The notes: generated by a model from the letters alone, not told the origin. A stretch of DNA of 64,000 nucleotides from a virus (IMGVR_UViG_3300032289_002472:49068-113067); one strand, 5' to 3'; positions 47,639-58,702 are shown, counted from the first letter of the stretch. Numbers and translations: made by a program.

Positions 47639-47974
47639 TTAATGCTCCATCTTCCTAAGCTCAACTATTTTTCTGCCAATCATCGTAAGATATAAAAATA
47701 CGCCAAGCGTCAATGAGACAATCCAGTGTATTTGAAGATAAAAACAAACTCCTATATACATGATAGTAAGAAAAAGTCCTATCCAATAAGATAGGCAATA
47801 GGGACAATTAATTAAATATTCTAATTTTGTTCCAGTATACCTTACTTCAATGTATCCACGAATCTTAGAGCTTATTTCGGCGTCTTGTATCAAGTAAAGC
47901 ATTGAAGTTATGGCATCTTTGCCAAAAAAGGCAAAAATGAGCCACAACAACAAAACGAGAACAAAGTTGTCCAT
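47639..47974 (-). CDS. membrane protein, DUF1360-like
   Basis: Hydrophobic helices and CPYCLSYW motif. Confidence 0.55.
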   Translation of the reverse strand: MDNFVLVLLLWLIFAFFGKDAITSMLYLIQDAEISSKIRGYIEVRYTGTKLEYLINCPYCLSYWIGLFLTIMYIGVCFYLQIHWIVSLTLGVFLYLTMIGRKIVELRKMEH

Positions 47975-47980
47975 ATTAAA

Positions 47981-48226
47981 TTATATCAACAATAATATGC
48001 CTAGAACCAAGGAAAATATACCAACCGTTGCAACTGTCTTAACCTCTTCGCTACCCAAGAGATAACTGTCAGTGAGAAGCCTTGACATTTTCCAGCCAGA
48101 ACAAATCCATATTATAAACATTAATGGACCCCAAAAGGCTCCAAGGATAAACAAACAAAATATTAAATATAATACTACAAATAATCCTATAAGTTGATAT
48201 TTGGTGGAATCATTGTCCTGACTCAT
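47981..48226 (-). CDS. small membrane protein
   Basis: Hydrophobic segments. Confidence 0.6.
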   Translation of the reverse strand: MSQDNDSTKYQLIGLFVVLYLIFCLFILGAFWGPLMFIIWICSGWKMSRLLTDSYLLGSEEVKTVATVGIFSLVLGILLLI

Positions 48227-48548
48227 CGGATGCTTCTATGGATTTTTCTATTTTCTGTAATTTATTAAATTTTTCAAGAGCACTTAAGCGCTCTTTGTTT
48301 CTCATAAATGCCGTAACCAAAAAACAAATAATTGAGAACATTATTAAAAAAATGCCCTCGTTCATTTTATTCTGCCCTCCTAGGGAGATGACTGACCGTC
48401 TTGCTTCTTAATTTTATTTTCATGTTGCTGTTGTTTTTGTTCAGTTGTTGGTAATTGAGAGAACACTGGGGAACGAGAAGGTTGAAATTTACTGAAAGAA
48501 AGTGTTTTATCTTTCTTCATGTATTTTTTGGGATTTTTTGATCTCATT

Positions 48549-48935
48549 TTATTCTTCCTCCTCGTCCCCAGCATCCTGTTTTTTAACGTAAGTTTCGATT
48601 GATTCGTGCCCAACTATTAAATTCTCTGTTTTCTTATTTTTTGTGTCGGGGTCGTATTCGTCTGTTTCGTCGACATCCGTTCCAAATCTTTCTTTTTCCC
48701 ACACCCTTGTGTTGTCGATGCGGTTACAAATAAACTCAGTTCCGATGTCGTCTACTACGATAAGTTTTTTAGGGCGGTGTAGATGATTAGAGCCATTAAT
48801 GCTGGTAAGCTGATGCTCGGGCACGTTTTCTTTGAGTAAATACTCTACTCTGCTAGGTGGAATAATTTCTTGGGTTATACAGCAATAAAACTTTTTGCTT
48901 TTGCTATATTGTTTTAAATTTGTATTTTTATCCAT
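48549..48935 (-). CDS. hypothetical protein, weak TraR/DksA-like N-terminus
   Basis: YCCITQEIIPPSRVEYL resembles C..CG..IP..RLE. Confidence 0.4.
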   Translation of the reverse strand: MDKNTNLKQYSKSKKFYCCITQEIIPPSRVEYLLKENVPEHQLTSINGSNHLHRPKKLIVVDDIGTEFICNRIDNTRVWEKERFGTDVDETDEYDPDTKNKKTENLIVGHESIETYVKKQDAGDEEEE

Positions 48936-49164
48936 GAAATTATTGTCCTACCCTAAGATAGTTTTATAGAAACCATCTTCCCTGGTATTTGTCAGGGTTT
49001 GTATAAAACTCTTCATAGGTAGGTGCTTGCTTATCCTTATCTATTCTAGTAGGAATATTTGCAAGCACTATTTTCTTACCTATTGTTTCCATTGAATTAT
49101 ACAAGAATTGTATTGCTAAACTATACATATATTTTATTTTACCTTTCAACTTAATTTTTAGTTT

Positions 49165-50883
49165 GTGAGCAACATTCAAGTCCCAGTATCAGATACCGAG
49201 TTACAAGATATATATGCTCGTATGGCACATAAGATGGATCTAGTCCATTTAGTGCCCTCTTCGATTACTTTTCAGGGTAAGCCTTTAAACATTCTTCATC
49301 GTAGGCCGATGTTTAAGCGAATGTTTGAGAAGGACAGACCCGTACTCAGGGATGTTTATATTTGTGGACGTCAGTTAGGAAAAACTGTGTCCATAAGCAG
49401 TTCTATATTAATGCATTGTTGGTGGCGTCAATTTTTTAGAATGCTGTATGTAGCTCCAATGTCGATCTACACAACTCGTTTGCATAGTATGTTTATGCAG
49501 CCGATGATTCAGGGAAAAATTTTGCCATGGTCAATAATGGATAATAAGACCTGTATTAATAACGTTAATGAAAAAAGCTTTTTGACTGGAAGTAGGTATG
49601 TAGGAATTTCTTGTTATAATAATGCTTCTAATGCTTTGGGTTTGAGTATTGATTGGGCGATATTTGATGAGGTTCAGGATTTGAATTATGATTTTATTCC
49701 ACAGATTCGTGAGGTTGTTGGAACTTCGGATTATAGATATGAAAGTTATTTTGGTACTGCTCGTGGAATAGACAATACGCTTACTACGCTTTACGAAGGT
49801 TCTACACAAAACGTCTGGAAGATGATCTGTGATAAGTGCAAACACGCTAATTATCCAACTCTTCATGGAAACGTATTAGACATGATTCAAAAAGAGGGAA
49901 TTTGTTGCGTAAAGTGCAAGGCCTTGCTTGATGTAGATAGGGGGGAGTGGGAACGAAGTTTTGAGTTCGACGTTACCGGAAGAAACTCTGAAGGGTATCA
50001 CGTTCCTCAGATCATTGTAAAAGACCGTATCACGCCTCACGCAAGATACATTGATACAATTTACAATAAGCTGCATGGATCAGCTGCGTACTCGGAAGCA
50101 AGATTCTTGCAGGAAGTCTTAGGAATTCCTACCTCACAAGGTGGAGTTCCTATAACCCAGCAGGATATAAAAGCTGTTAGCACCTTAGACGTTCCTCAAG
50201 ATGGAGGGTGGAATGCTCAACAATACCACAGAGTAGCTGGTGGGGTTGACTGGGGTGGAGCAGAAATTGTCAGCTTTACCGTAGGAACTTTGGTGGGCTA
50301 TAGAGATGGAATGTTCGACTGCTTTGCTGCCTTAAGACCTACAGGGCTACCAGACGAACAAAGACACTACGTTATTGGAGACTTCTTAAAAAGAGCTAGC
50401 TCTAGCAGACTTGAGATTGTGGGGGCGGATGCTGGATTCGTTGGTTCTGTGCAAAACCCTAATTTGGCGCTTCACATGCATGTTCCGGTTGGGTCGATTG
50501 CTTATGGCACCACTAAAAAGTTTTTTATTCCGCAGACAAACAATTGTTTTACCGTAGACAGAACAACCTTGATTTATATTGTTCTTACCTTGATTAAAAG
50601 TGGAAGAATAAGATTCCCTAAAGGTGCATGGTTTGAGCAATATAGCAGAGACTTGTTAGCGATTTACACCGAAGACAATGTAAACACTCATGGGATTACA
50701 GTAAGAAGATATAGTCGATACAAAGATCGTCCAGACGACTTTTTACATGCCCTAGGATATGCAATTTTTATGGCATCTCTTGGAATTACAGATTTACCTA
50801 GCATGGCAGGAATGCCGCATGATATGTCCGTAAATGCGCCCTATATAAATGATATTGGCGAAGAAAGAGGATCTTTTTATTAA
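49165..50883 (+). CDS. terminase large subunit (GpA-like)
   Basis: GRQLGKT Walker A, FDEVQD Walker B, CxxC pairs, GVDWG nuclease motif, PDDFLHA. Confidence 0.85.
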   Translation: MSNIQVPVSDTELQDIYARMAHKMDLVHLVPSSITFQGKPLNILHRRPMFKRMFEKDRPVLRDVYICGRQLGKTVSISSSILMHCWWRQFFRMLYVAPMSIYTTRLHSMFMQPMIQGKILPWSIMDNKTCINNVNEKSFLTGSRYVGISCYNNASNALGLSIDWAIFDEVQDLNYDFIPQIREVVGTSDYRYESYFGTARGIDNTLTTLYEGSTQNVWKMICDKCKHANYPTLHGNVLDMIQKEGICCVKCKALLDVDRGEWERSFEFDVTGRNSEGYHVPQIIVKDRITPHARYIDTIYNKLHGSAAYSEARFLQEVLGIPTSQGGVPITQQDIKAVSTLDVPQDGGWNAQQYHRVAGGVDWGGAEIVSFTVGTLVGYRDGMFDCFAALRPTGLPDEQRHYVIGDFLKRASSSRLEIVGADAGFVGSVQNPNLALHMHVPVGSIAYGTTKKFFIPQTNNCFTVDRTTLIYIVLTLIKSGRIRFPKGAWFEQYSRDLLAIYTEDNVNTHGITVRRYSRYKDRPDDFLHALGYAIFMASLGITDLPSMAGMPHDMSVNAPYINDIGEERGSFY

Positions 50884-50914
50884 GAATTCTTTTCTATAAA
50901 CCGTTGAAAGGATG

Positions 50915-50988
50915 TGTATCCACCTGGGATTGAACCAGGAACCTACAGCTTAGAAGGCTGTTGCTCTATCCAGTTGAGCTATGGATAC
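50915..50988 (-). tRNA. tRNA-Arg(TCT)
   Basis: GTATCCATAGCTCAACTGGATAGAGC..CAGCCTTCTAAGCTG..GGTTCAATCCC..TGGATACA. Confidence 0.95.
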
Positions 50989-50994
50989 AAAAAT

Positions 50995-51213
50995 TTATTT
51001 ATTCCAATACTTCATTAATTTTTCGATGAATCCCTCATCCTCTAAATACTTCTCAAATGCTGCATACTCTTCAGGATCTGGTGTTTCACCCTTTGGAAAG
51101 CTTGCTACAGCATCCCACAAACTATCATCGCCATCCCCATATGTAGATGGATATACTTGTATGCGATATTCTCTACCACAATATTCTATGGCAATTTTAT
51201 TGTCTTTAATCAT
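50995..51213 (-). CDS. hypothetical protein
   Basis: 72 aa ORF. Confidence 0.6.
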   Translation of the reverse strand: MIKDNKIAIEYCGREYRIQVYPSTYGDGDDSLWDAVASFPKGETPDPEEYAAFEKYLEDEGFIEKLMKYWNK

Positions 51214-51524
51214 TGTCTTCTGTGGAAAAACTTTCTTCTTCCTTTGATTTTTTCTTAGACCAACTAATTAGTTCGTAATTACTTCTGTAATCATCCGAGA
51301 AACAGTTTCTAGGTCTGTCGCCCTTTCCTGCTTCATTCTTTAGATAAGATCCTCTGGTTTTTAGGTCGTCCATAGTTACTAAAATAAATAATTTGCAACA
51401 AAACACAAACCAATAATAACTAATGCAATCACTGATCCAACTAGTGTTATGTCTATAATATCCAAACTATATTTTTTCATATTTTAAGGGTGGGGGACCG
51501 GAAGAATCTTCCGGTCCCCACAAA

Positions 51525-52079
51525 TTATTCCTCTAGATCGTTACGATCAATTTTAGGAAATTCAGTTAAATTTATTTTTTTAATTCCGCACCTATCCCAC
51601 TCAGGGGTATATAACTTGTAAGCATATTCCATTGGAAACGACATAGATGTAGCAAAACTTGTAACTACTGCAGTGTAGTTGTGCCACATCATTCCTCCAT
51701 GAAATACAACCCACGAAGACTCTTCGTAGGTCATCCTTACAGAAGCTATAACAACGTGAGCGTCACTCACTATTTTCCCTTCATTAAGTAATCCATATAA
51801 ATATTCTTTGGTTATCTCTTGTGTGTCGAATCCCAACTGCACAAAGTGATTAGACATAACAATAGCAGATAAGCCAGATTGATTTTTATAGATTTTTCTA
51901 AGAAGAAATGGATCCTCTCCGGTAAGAATAGATATCGCCGTATAAGGGCATCCAGCTAGCTTTGCCGTATTTAGATCCCAGGGAAAATAAAGTGGAAGAA
52001 CTTTTACCGCACTTGATTTATTAGAGCTAGGCTTCGACTCTGGCGAATCCAGGCTTAAATACCGAGGTAGGTTTTTCAA
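51525..52079 (-). CDS. hypothetical protein (possible C39-peptidase-like fold)
   Basis: GCPYTAISILTG N-terminal motif; catalytic His not evident. Confidence 0.4.
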   Translation of the reverse strand: MKNLPRYLSLDSPESKPSSNKSSAVKVLPLYFPWDLNTAKLAGCPYTAISILTGEDPFLLRKIYKNQSGLSAIVMSNHFVQLGFDTQEITKEYLYGLLNEGKIVSDAHVVIASVRMTYEESSWVVFHGGMMWHNYTAVVTSFATSMSFPMEYAYKLYTPEWDRCGIKKINLTEFPKIDRNDLEE

Positions 52080-52215
52080 CTTTTTTAGTGCTGACTTTTT
52101 TATCTGTGTTCGGCTTCTTTGAGGCGGCTTTTTTGGCTGGAGCCTTTTTGGATGTAGCCTTCTTAGCAGATGTTTTAGGTGCCAATTTTTTAGCAGGTTT
52201 CTTTTTCTGTGCCAT
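52027..52215 (-). CDS. histone H1-like Lys/Ala-rich protein
   Basis: KKPAKK..KKATSKKAPAKKAASKK repeats. Confidence 0.7.
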   Translation of the reverse strand: MAQKKKPAKKLAPKTSAKKATSKKAPAKKAASKKPNTDKKVSTKKVEKPTSVFKPGFARVEA

Positions 52216-52246
52216 TGTAGTTTATGTGTTTTATGTTTTGTGTTTA

Positions 52247-52320
52247 CGGAGTCAACGAGGCTCGAACTCGCAACCCCCGCCGTGACAGGGCGGTGCTCTA
52301 ACCAGTTGAGCTATGACTCC
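52247..52320 (-). tRNA. tRNA-Asp(GTC)
   Basis: GGAGTCATAGCTCAACTGGTTAGAGC..CCGCCCTGTCACGGCGG..AGTTCGAGCC..TGACTCCG. Confidence 0.95.
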
Positions 52321-52583
52321 AGGTTAAGTGGTATTGATGGATTTTGTCCTAGGTTTTGTTCCATCACTAAACGTAACGTCCGCGATACGCAGACCCAATT
52401 ACGTCCATAGTTTGTGTTGTGTCAATGCTTGGGATCGTGACTTTCGCAGCTTCGCTCCCCCAGCCCAGATGTTTTCCCCAACTTCACCAACAAACAAAGG
52501 AAAACTTCCTAGCGCGGTGATTGACTGCTACCGCGCTGTTAATAAGGGGTTTCCCCCCTCAAATTTCAAAGAACTAGCTGATA

Positions 52584-52946
52584 TTATGTATCAGCCATAA
52601 AAGGATCAACTTCTTTTTCAATTTTCTTTGGAGTACCCATCCAAGCAGCAGGTTTTATGTTTACAAACCAATCTTGAATACTGGGTATTCTTCCAAGGTC
52701 TTCAACAACGTGTTGTTCCGCGACCCATCGAGTCGGGATAGTCCTGCCACTAGAAAGTTTGAGTATTACCCCAAACTCTCGCTCGCACTGAAAAACCCCT
52801 TCAGAGTGATGACGTAAAGCTCTGTGCCTAAAGTCGGCAAACATTTCTTTACTTGCATCAAACCAGTTATGAATCTTTAAATAATCATCGATCTCTCCTC
52901 CCCATTTCTTGACGGAAGAAAGGCTGTGATGATATGGATGACTCAT
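52584..52946 (-). CDS. DUF6915-like protein
   Basis: MSHPYHHSLSSVKKWGG..DY..IH.WFD..RHRALRHH..EQHV.EDLG. Confidence 0.75.
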   Translation of the reverse strand: MSHPYHHSLSSVKKWGGEIDDYLKIHNWFDASKEMFADFRHRALRHHSEGVFQCEREFGVILKLSSGRTIPTRWVAEQHVVEDLGRIPSIQDWFVNIKPAAWMGTPKKIEKEVDPFMADT

Positions 52947-53407
52947 ATATTGTGTTCGGTAGTTTCTGTGCTCTCAATTACATCGTGATGGTGCCAATTG
53001 ATAGAGCTTTCTGGAACCGAAAAAATAAATTCTCCACTAGATCCAGAATTAATCTCCCAGCCACCATGATGTTCTTCTAGCAAATCATAGCACATATCTT
53101 TTATTATAGATTTTATATTTGAAGTTGATGGTACGTCTACATATGACCTTGTATGCTGAAAGCGTCCATCAATCATGTTATATGCTAGGTTACACTTCTT
53201 AAGGCCAGATATAATTAAACCATTAGTTAATTTATCAATATCGATGCTCTTTTTCGATGAACGGAAGAAACAAACAGAATCAATCTGTCCACTATCTCCG
53301 TAGCCATTGTAGTCAACCGTGACTTTTTTAATTTTTAAGGCTTTTAATGTTTTAAATATTATTTGCTTATTTGAATTTAATACTTGTTGGTATTCTGTAT
53401 CACTCAT
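52943..53407 (-). CDS. DUF6878-like protein
   Basis: YNGYGDSGQID ... GWEINSGSSG; usual partner of the previous gene. Confidence 0.7.
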   Translation of the reverse strand: MSDTEYQQVLNSNKQIIFKTLKALKIKKVTVDYNGYGDSGQIDSVCFFRSSKKSIDIDKLTNGLIISGLKKCNLAYNMIDGRFQHTRSYVDVPSTSNIKSIIKDMCYDLLEEHHGGWEINSGSSGEFIFSVPESSINWHHHDVIESTETTEHNI

Positions 53408-54608
53408 CTGAGTTTACCTCGTTGTACATTTCTTCTAATAGTTGTTGTTTTGTATATCCTATGATGTGTAACATTTCACAGTCCAAAGCTTCGCCCCAAA
53501 ATTGACCGGACAAAATTTCATAAAATGCAGAATCAAAAGTTGCATCATAGTTCCAATCTTTTATCCACGATATGTCTAATGGTTCATTGTTTTGTTCGTG
53601 AGACAGAACAGTCTTTTCGAAAGAAGTTCTTAGTCTCCTAATCGCTTCCTCAACGTTATCGGCCTTTGACTGAATAAAGGAAACATTGTGATCATACAGT
53701 CCTCTCTTGTAGATACCGGCATTAAACTCTCCAGTATCCATGCCCTCGGTTACAATATAATTAATGTTTTCTGACTCTCCTTGAAGTATTCCAACCAGTC
53801 GAATCATTACGTCTTTACCTAAATCTAGGGCAGGCCAATAAAGTGGCTGCCAAATTGTAGATACTGGAGATATAGAAAGACTAGGATACTTTTCAGGAAT
53901 AATTCCAGAGCTTTTGTTGTAACTGGAATCGATGAATGTGTCTGGACGCCCAAATGCAGCAGAATAAATTCTTATGTTAATTTCTTCTTCTGTAGACTTG
54001 GTACTATCTATGTCCAAGACGGTTTTCTTTCTAAAGTACTCTTCAGATATGCTGCCATCATCATTAACTAAAAATGAATCTCCCTTTCCCATGAGTTGAT
54101 CTTGGGTTGGAAGCCTTTGAGCAGTAAATTTTTTTACAGTATTTCTACCGTCAATTACTATTGCTCTGGCAGCAACAGCAGAAACTCGCTCTAGAAAATT
54201 AAACATTCCAAGTTTAAATGATTTAAATGTTTTATTTATTAAATATTCTGGAATGTTTACTTCTTCATCAAATTCATTTGTTTTGGGAATGAAGCATCTT
54301 GCCGCACCAAATTCTTTATCTATCTGGATTTGATCTGCGCCTGGAAAGCTTTTTTCTCTGGCGATCCCAAAGGAAATGTTTTTTAGGCTACTCTTATGGC
54401 TTGCTGTAAGGTTTAAAAAACTTTCCTGTGTAAGTATAGATTTCAGTATTACATTATCTTTTACGAAATCAATACTTGGCCCAATTCTGCCACACTTTAA
54501 GCAGCACGAATGCTGTTGGCTTATGGCTACTTCTTTGGATCCACATTTTGGACATGGATCATATTTTAGCTCTTCAATTACTGAAGCGAAAGGTGTCTCA
54601 TCTTGCAT
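53400..54608 (-). CDS. hypothetical protein with N-terminal Zn ribbon
   Basis: CPKC...CLKC. Confidence 0.65.
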   Translation of the reverse strand: MQDETPFASVIEELKYDPCPKCGSKEVAISQQHSCCLKCGRIGPSIDFVKDNVILKSILTQESFLNLTASHKSSLKNISFGIAREKSFPGADQIQIDKEFGAARCFIPKTNEFDEEVNIPEYLINKTFKSFKLGMFNFLERVSAVAARAIVIDGRNTVKKFTAQRLPTQDQLMGKGDSFLVNDDGSISEEYFRKKTVLDIDSTKSTEEEINIRIYSAAFGRPDTFIDSSYNKSSGIIPEKYPSLSISPVSTIWQPLYWPALDLGKDVMIRLVGILQGESENINYIVTEGMDTGEFNAGIYKRGLYDHNVSFIQSKADNVEEAIRRLRTSFEKTVLSHEQNNEPLDISWIKDWNYDATFDSAFYEILSGQFWGEALDCEMLHIIGYTKQQLLEEMYNEVNSDE

Positions 54609-56992
54609 TCTTTGTCTTGGTTAATTGTGTTAAAAATATTTGGAGACGCTAATAGTATTCCAGTCTGATGCGTTCCTTTTCTCCTGATGTGTGGATACTT
54701 GGTTGAGTCATGCAACTGTCTTATTTTTCCAATAACGTCCATTTTGTCGAAGCTGTAGCCCATGGTCTTAAGCTCTCGAAAAACTTTAATGTCAATAAAT
54801 GTACTATTATTTTCCTCTACAACAAATTTCTTTAAATTATTATTTTCTTTGATGGAGTCTAAAAATTCATTAATTGTGTGTTCAACTCCACTTATTTTTT
54901 TTCTCATTACCCTAAAATTAGCTATGCGATTTTTTTTCTGTAAAATAGTTTCAATATAGTCAACCGACCTTCCGGAACCCAAAACGAAAACTATTTCACA
55001 AAAAAACAAAAGTAATGTGTCTGCAAACAAAATTAGTTCTTCTTTTGGCGATTGCTTAAAATATATGCAACGGCGATTAGGTGCTGTTCCTACATCGTAA
55101 AGAGATATTGTAGCGCTATGCTTGAGCAATGTTTTATGATTTATTGCTTTATCAACATATTGAATCATGTTGATTGGTATAAACTCTTTCTGTGAGCCAA
55201 GGCCTAATATAGAGGCAACCCCCGAAGCAATACTATGTGGAACCACTAAGTGTGCCCTTCCACGATCATTCAAGTGGCAGATCATTTCTAGTGCGCAAAC
55301 GACACACGCTGCACCAAATTGAGTTTCACATAGTGATCTTAAAGCTTCTTTTGAAACCTCTCGATATTTTGAGAGATCATTTAAATAGTTTGGGTGTTTT
55401 ATTTGTTGTTGAATGTCGCCCACAAATCCATCCCTAACTTTAATTCCTTGCTGTGAACATATATATTTATCTGTACTAATCTCTTTGCCACGGAATCCAT
55501 AATCATCTTTTTTATGAAATGAATGAGATTCTCCAGAAAGCCCTCTTACTATTTGAGGTAAAAACGTTTGAACAGTCTTTGTAGAGTTCCACATTGGACA
55601 TTCAAGACCATTCAATAGAGCCACAGAAGTCAATTTTCTCAGAAATCTCAATGAAGAGGAAAAAGTTTTATGATCAATATAAAACTCCTTGGACGAGGCT
55701 CCTATGTGTAAGCAAACAAAATACTGAACATCTTTTTTTCCATCTGAAATAATATGCTTTATTTCAACCCAAAAATTACTCAAACATGAATAAGTAAGGT
55801 CTGGCTGTCTTTGGAAATATTTGCCATGAGATAACTTAAAGGTTTTTCCTCCTATAACAAACTCAGAGAAGCCTATGCTATAGTTCTTGATAGCAGATCT
55901 TACATCTTCGATGCTCTCTTTAGATGCTGAGCAATAATCTTGAGTAATTTCTTCACGTAATACAGAAGAGCTATATCCAAGTTTTGACATGGATTTTATC
56001 AAGTCTGGAATAGTAAGATTTTTTCTCTGAACTAAAGATGACACTAAGCAACGAGACAAAGTCTGTGGCTTTATTCTAGAAAGCTCTTCTTCAAGTTTTC
56101 TGCTTATCCCAAAGCCAGTCTGTAGGGTACCTGGAAGCTTGTACACAGATATAGGCGACGTATTTCCATGAAAGGAAACACACAGTCCAGGTTCTTCATT
56201 GTCGGCCAAAATCAAAGAAACCACAGGATGAACCCTTGAAAAATATTTGGCAGTAGATTTTACAGCAAACGGCATCAAAACAGGGTAATCAAAGGTTTTA
56301 TTATCCCCTGAAATAGATTTAGAAAGTATTTGTGCCAATGCGGGATCCTGAGCCAGTACTAGTTTAGACTGCCAGGAGACAAAATCAGACCATCTTTCTG
56401 CGACACTGAATATATTCCCAGAGGGAATCGGATACTGAACTTCCCCCACGAAAGACCCTAGCATAGTATAAATATACCCCATTCCTGGAATTCCGTTTTC
56501 ATCCCTGAGGGTTAGAACAGTATATTTGGACTTAGGGTTTACTTTAGTGGTACTTTTTCTAAAAAATAAATCGTTAATCTCTAGCCCTGAGGCTTCTGCC
56601 CAGTCTCCATATTTCTTGTGCCGTCTGTCATCTGCCTCAAGTCTCTCTCTATATAGTATCCGTCCCTTTTCCAGTAACTTCATTAAACGAAGGTACTTCA
56701 TAGCTCTGTAAATCATTGCATTTGCATCTGCACCAGAAACTTCTGACATCAATAAGTTTTCATAAACTTGCTCTTGACCAAGACCAAGCTTTTTAATCAT
56801 ATAGGAGGTGGCGCAAAGAGAATCACCACAAGTAAGACACCTAAAAATTGGTTCTGATCCATCTAATAAAATATCCATGCTATGCTCATCTTGCATTTTT
56901 AGATGGCATGCACATGGCGAGGATAATATAATGGATGATGAAGGAAGAACCTTGCAACAGGCCAATAACTTCGCTACATTAAGAGAAAACAT
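54578..56992 (-). CDS. large hypothetical protein with N-terminal Cys cluster
   Basis: 804 aa ORF; CACH..CLTC; start uncertain. Confidence 0.7.
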   Translation of the reverse strand: MFSLNVAKLLACCKVLPSSSIILSSPCACHLKMQDEHSMDILLDGSEPIFRCLTCGDSLCATSYMIKKLGLGQEQVYENLLMSEVSGADANAMIYRAMKYLRLMKLLEKGRILYRERLEADDRRHKKYGDWAEASGLEINDLFFRKSTTKVNPKSKYTVLTLRDENGIPGMGYIYTMLGSFVGEVQYPIPSGNIFSVAERWSDFVSWQSKLVLAQDPALAQILSKSISGDNKTFDYPVLMPFAVKSTAKYFSRVHPVVSLILADNEEPGLCVSFHGNTSPISVYKLPGTLQTGFGISRKLEEELSRIKPQTLSRCLVSSLVQRKNLTIPDLIKSMSKLGYSSSVLREEITQDYCSASKESIEDVRSAIKNYSIGFSEFVIGGKTFKLSHGKYFQRQPDLTYSCLSNFWVEIKHIISDGKKDVQYFVCLHIGASSKEFYIDHKTFSSSLRFLRKLTSVALLNGLECPMWNSTKTVQTFLPQIVRGLSGESHSFHKKDDYGFRGKEISTDKYICSQQGIKVRDGFVGDIQQQIKHPNYLNDLSKYREVSKEALRSLCETQFGAACVVCALEMICHLNDRGRAHLVVPHSIASGVASILGLGSQKEFIPINMIQYVDKAINHKTLLKHSATISLYDVGTAPNRRCIYFKQSPKEELILFADTLLLFFCEIVFVLGSGRSVDYIETILQKKNRIANFRVMRKKISGVEHTINEFLDSIKENNNLKKFVVEENNSTFIDIKVFRELKTMGYSFDKMDVIGKIRQLHDSTKYPHIRRKGTHQTGILLASPNIFNTINQDKECKMRHLSLQ

Positions 56993-56994
56993 AT

Positions 56995-57996
56995 ATGAAA
57001 GACTTTTATCAAGATTTTGGACACAATTTTATCAAATTGTTTAAAGACAAAGAAGTTCCTTCTTTTGTTAAAGAAGCAGAAATGCTCGAACCAGAAACAT
57101 TAGATAGTTTGCCAGCTTCGGCATTCGCCTGTGTAGAAACCAAAAGTTTGCCCATAAATGATGCTGCAAATACTTACGTAAGTGCGGCTTATTATTACGG
57201 TGCTAATTCTAAAAATGCAAGCGTAGAAGAAAGAATTTTAAAAGCTGCCGAGCTTTTTGAAATCTTGGACAACGTCAAAAACCTCTCAGAATTAGCAAAC
57301 CATGAAAAGCAGGCTGAGGAAGAGAAAGGCTGGGAAATTTCAATCAACACCGAAAATGGAACAAAATCCTTTTCTGGAAAAAGTCCTACAAGCATTAAAA
57401 AGTTTGCAGAATTTTATGTTAATGAGCTTTTCGATAAACTTAATTTTAATGAAAAAGTAGAGTGCGCTCAAAAAATTGCAGAAGTTTTTTCTCAAAACAA
57501 CCTTGAAGCTCCAGAAAGAATTTTGCAAGTTTCAGGTCAATATTTGCCAAATGTAGAAAAATTGGCAGAACAAGTTAGAGCTAGAGCGGTCAGAGTTTTT
57601 GAAGACGACAAAAAAGCTCAATTGTGTCAAATGGCAAACGATCTTTTGCATTCAGAAGAAAAAAGCTTAAAGGGTATGCACAAGATTGCTGAAATCTTGG
57701 ACACTATCGACAGGCAAAATTATCTCACTCGTTTTTACGGAAAATCTATCTTGGACCCTTTTGAAAGCGTTTTTAATACTCCAAAAGAAGAAGCTGCAAA
57801 GTTGGCAACCGTTGTCTCTATTGGTGAAAAAGACTATTCTTTTGATGAGCTTCAAGATATCTCTGTTGATATTCTAAAGTTGGCTCTTTCGCCAGACTCA
57901 TGTGAAAGAATTGGTTTATTCAACGACACATACAATCCAAGCAAACTGGCAGAGCTTGACTCAGACGAAAGAGACTTGTTAGCTTCTTATTTATAA
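56995..57996 (+). CDS. hypothetical protein (possible virion/assembly)
   Basis: 333 aa, same strand as terminase; several KxA motifs. Confidence 0.65.
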   Translation: MKDFYQDFGHNFIKLFKDKEVPSFVKEAEMLEPETLDSLPASAFACVETKSLPINDAANTYVSAAYYYGANSKNASVEERILKAAELFEILDNVKNLSELANHEKQAEEEKGWEISINTENGTKSFSGKSPTSIKKFAEFYVNELFDKLNFNEKVECAQKIAEVFSQNNLEAPERILQVSGQYLPNVEKLAEQVRARAVRVFEDDKKAQLCQMANDLLHSEEKSLKGMHKIAEILDTIDRQNYLTRFYGKSILDPFESVFNTPKEEAAKLATVVSIGEKDYSFDELQDISVDILKLALSPDSCERIGLFNDTYNPSKLAELDSDERDLLASYL

Positions 57997-57997
57997 G

Positions 57998-58702
57998 ATG
58001 CTACCATATAAAACTAAAGACCAAGAAGTTGCCGGTAGAATAATGGCAACACCTGGGACACTTGCTACAGTTTCTCACGCAATTGCTTTGCACTTTTTTA
58101 GCGAAGAAATTTATACATGGGAACCTGAAACTCTGTCTCTTGAATTAGCAGATATATTGGATATTAAAATTGATGAAGATAATTTAGATCGTCTTCATGC
58201 AATAATTGCCGCTATTACTAGCAACAGTTTTTACAAGGATTGGGCAGCATTTACTGCAATATGTTCTGCCTTGAGCGGAGAGAATGACCCAACAGAAGTT
58301 GCTGAAATGACTGTAGCAGAGTTTGTGTGGGGAGTAATTGAAGTATCTCTAAACGATGGAGATGATGAGCCACAATTGTTTTCTCCAGATGTTGCATCAC
58401 TGGTTGGTGTCGTTTTAGATGAAGAAGGTTTTACCGCACCACCAGAACCAGTTTCTTTTGCCATAATGCCAGAGAGATATATGGGAAGCACCTTTGGGGC
58501 AGAACAAGACCAAGCTGATGCACAGTCAGATTATCATCTTGGTCTATTGTCTGAATACATTAGAGATCAATCACTTCTTCTGTATAAACAAATTTCTTTA
58601 TTACCTTGGATTTCTTCTGAAGACCTTGAAACAATTTCAGAGGATCTATCAAAAGAAATTAGCCCAGTAGCTAAGAAAAACGTAGGCGACCCCGTTTACT
58701 AA
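57998..58702 (+). CDS. hypothetical acidic protein
   Basis: 234 aa, coupled to previous gene. Confidence 0.7.
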   Translation: MLPYKTKDQEVAGRIMATPGTLATVSHAIALHFFSEEIYTWEPETLSLELADILDIKIDEDNLDRLHAIIAAITSNSFYKDWAAFTAICSALSGENDPTEVAEMTVAEFVWGVIEVSLNDGDDEPQLFSPDVASLVGVVLDEEGFTAPPEPVSFAIMPERYMGSTFGAEQDQADAQSDYHLGLLSEYIRDQSLLLYKQISLLPWISSEDLETISEDLSKEISPVAKKNVGDPVY

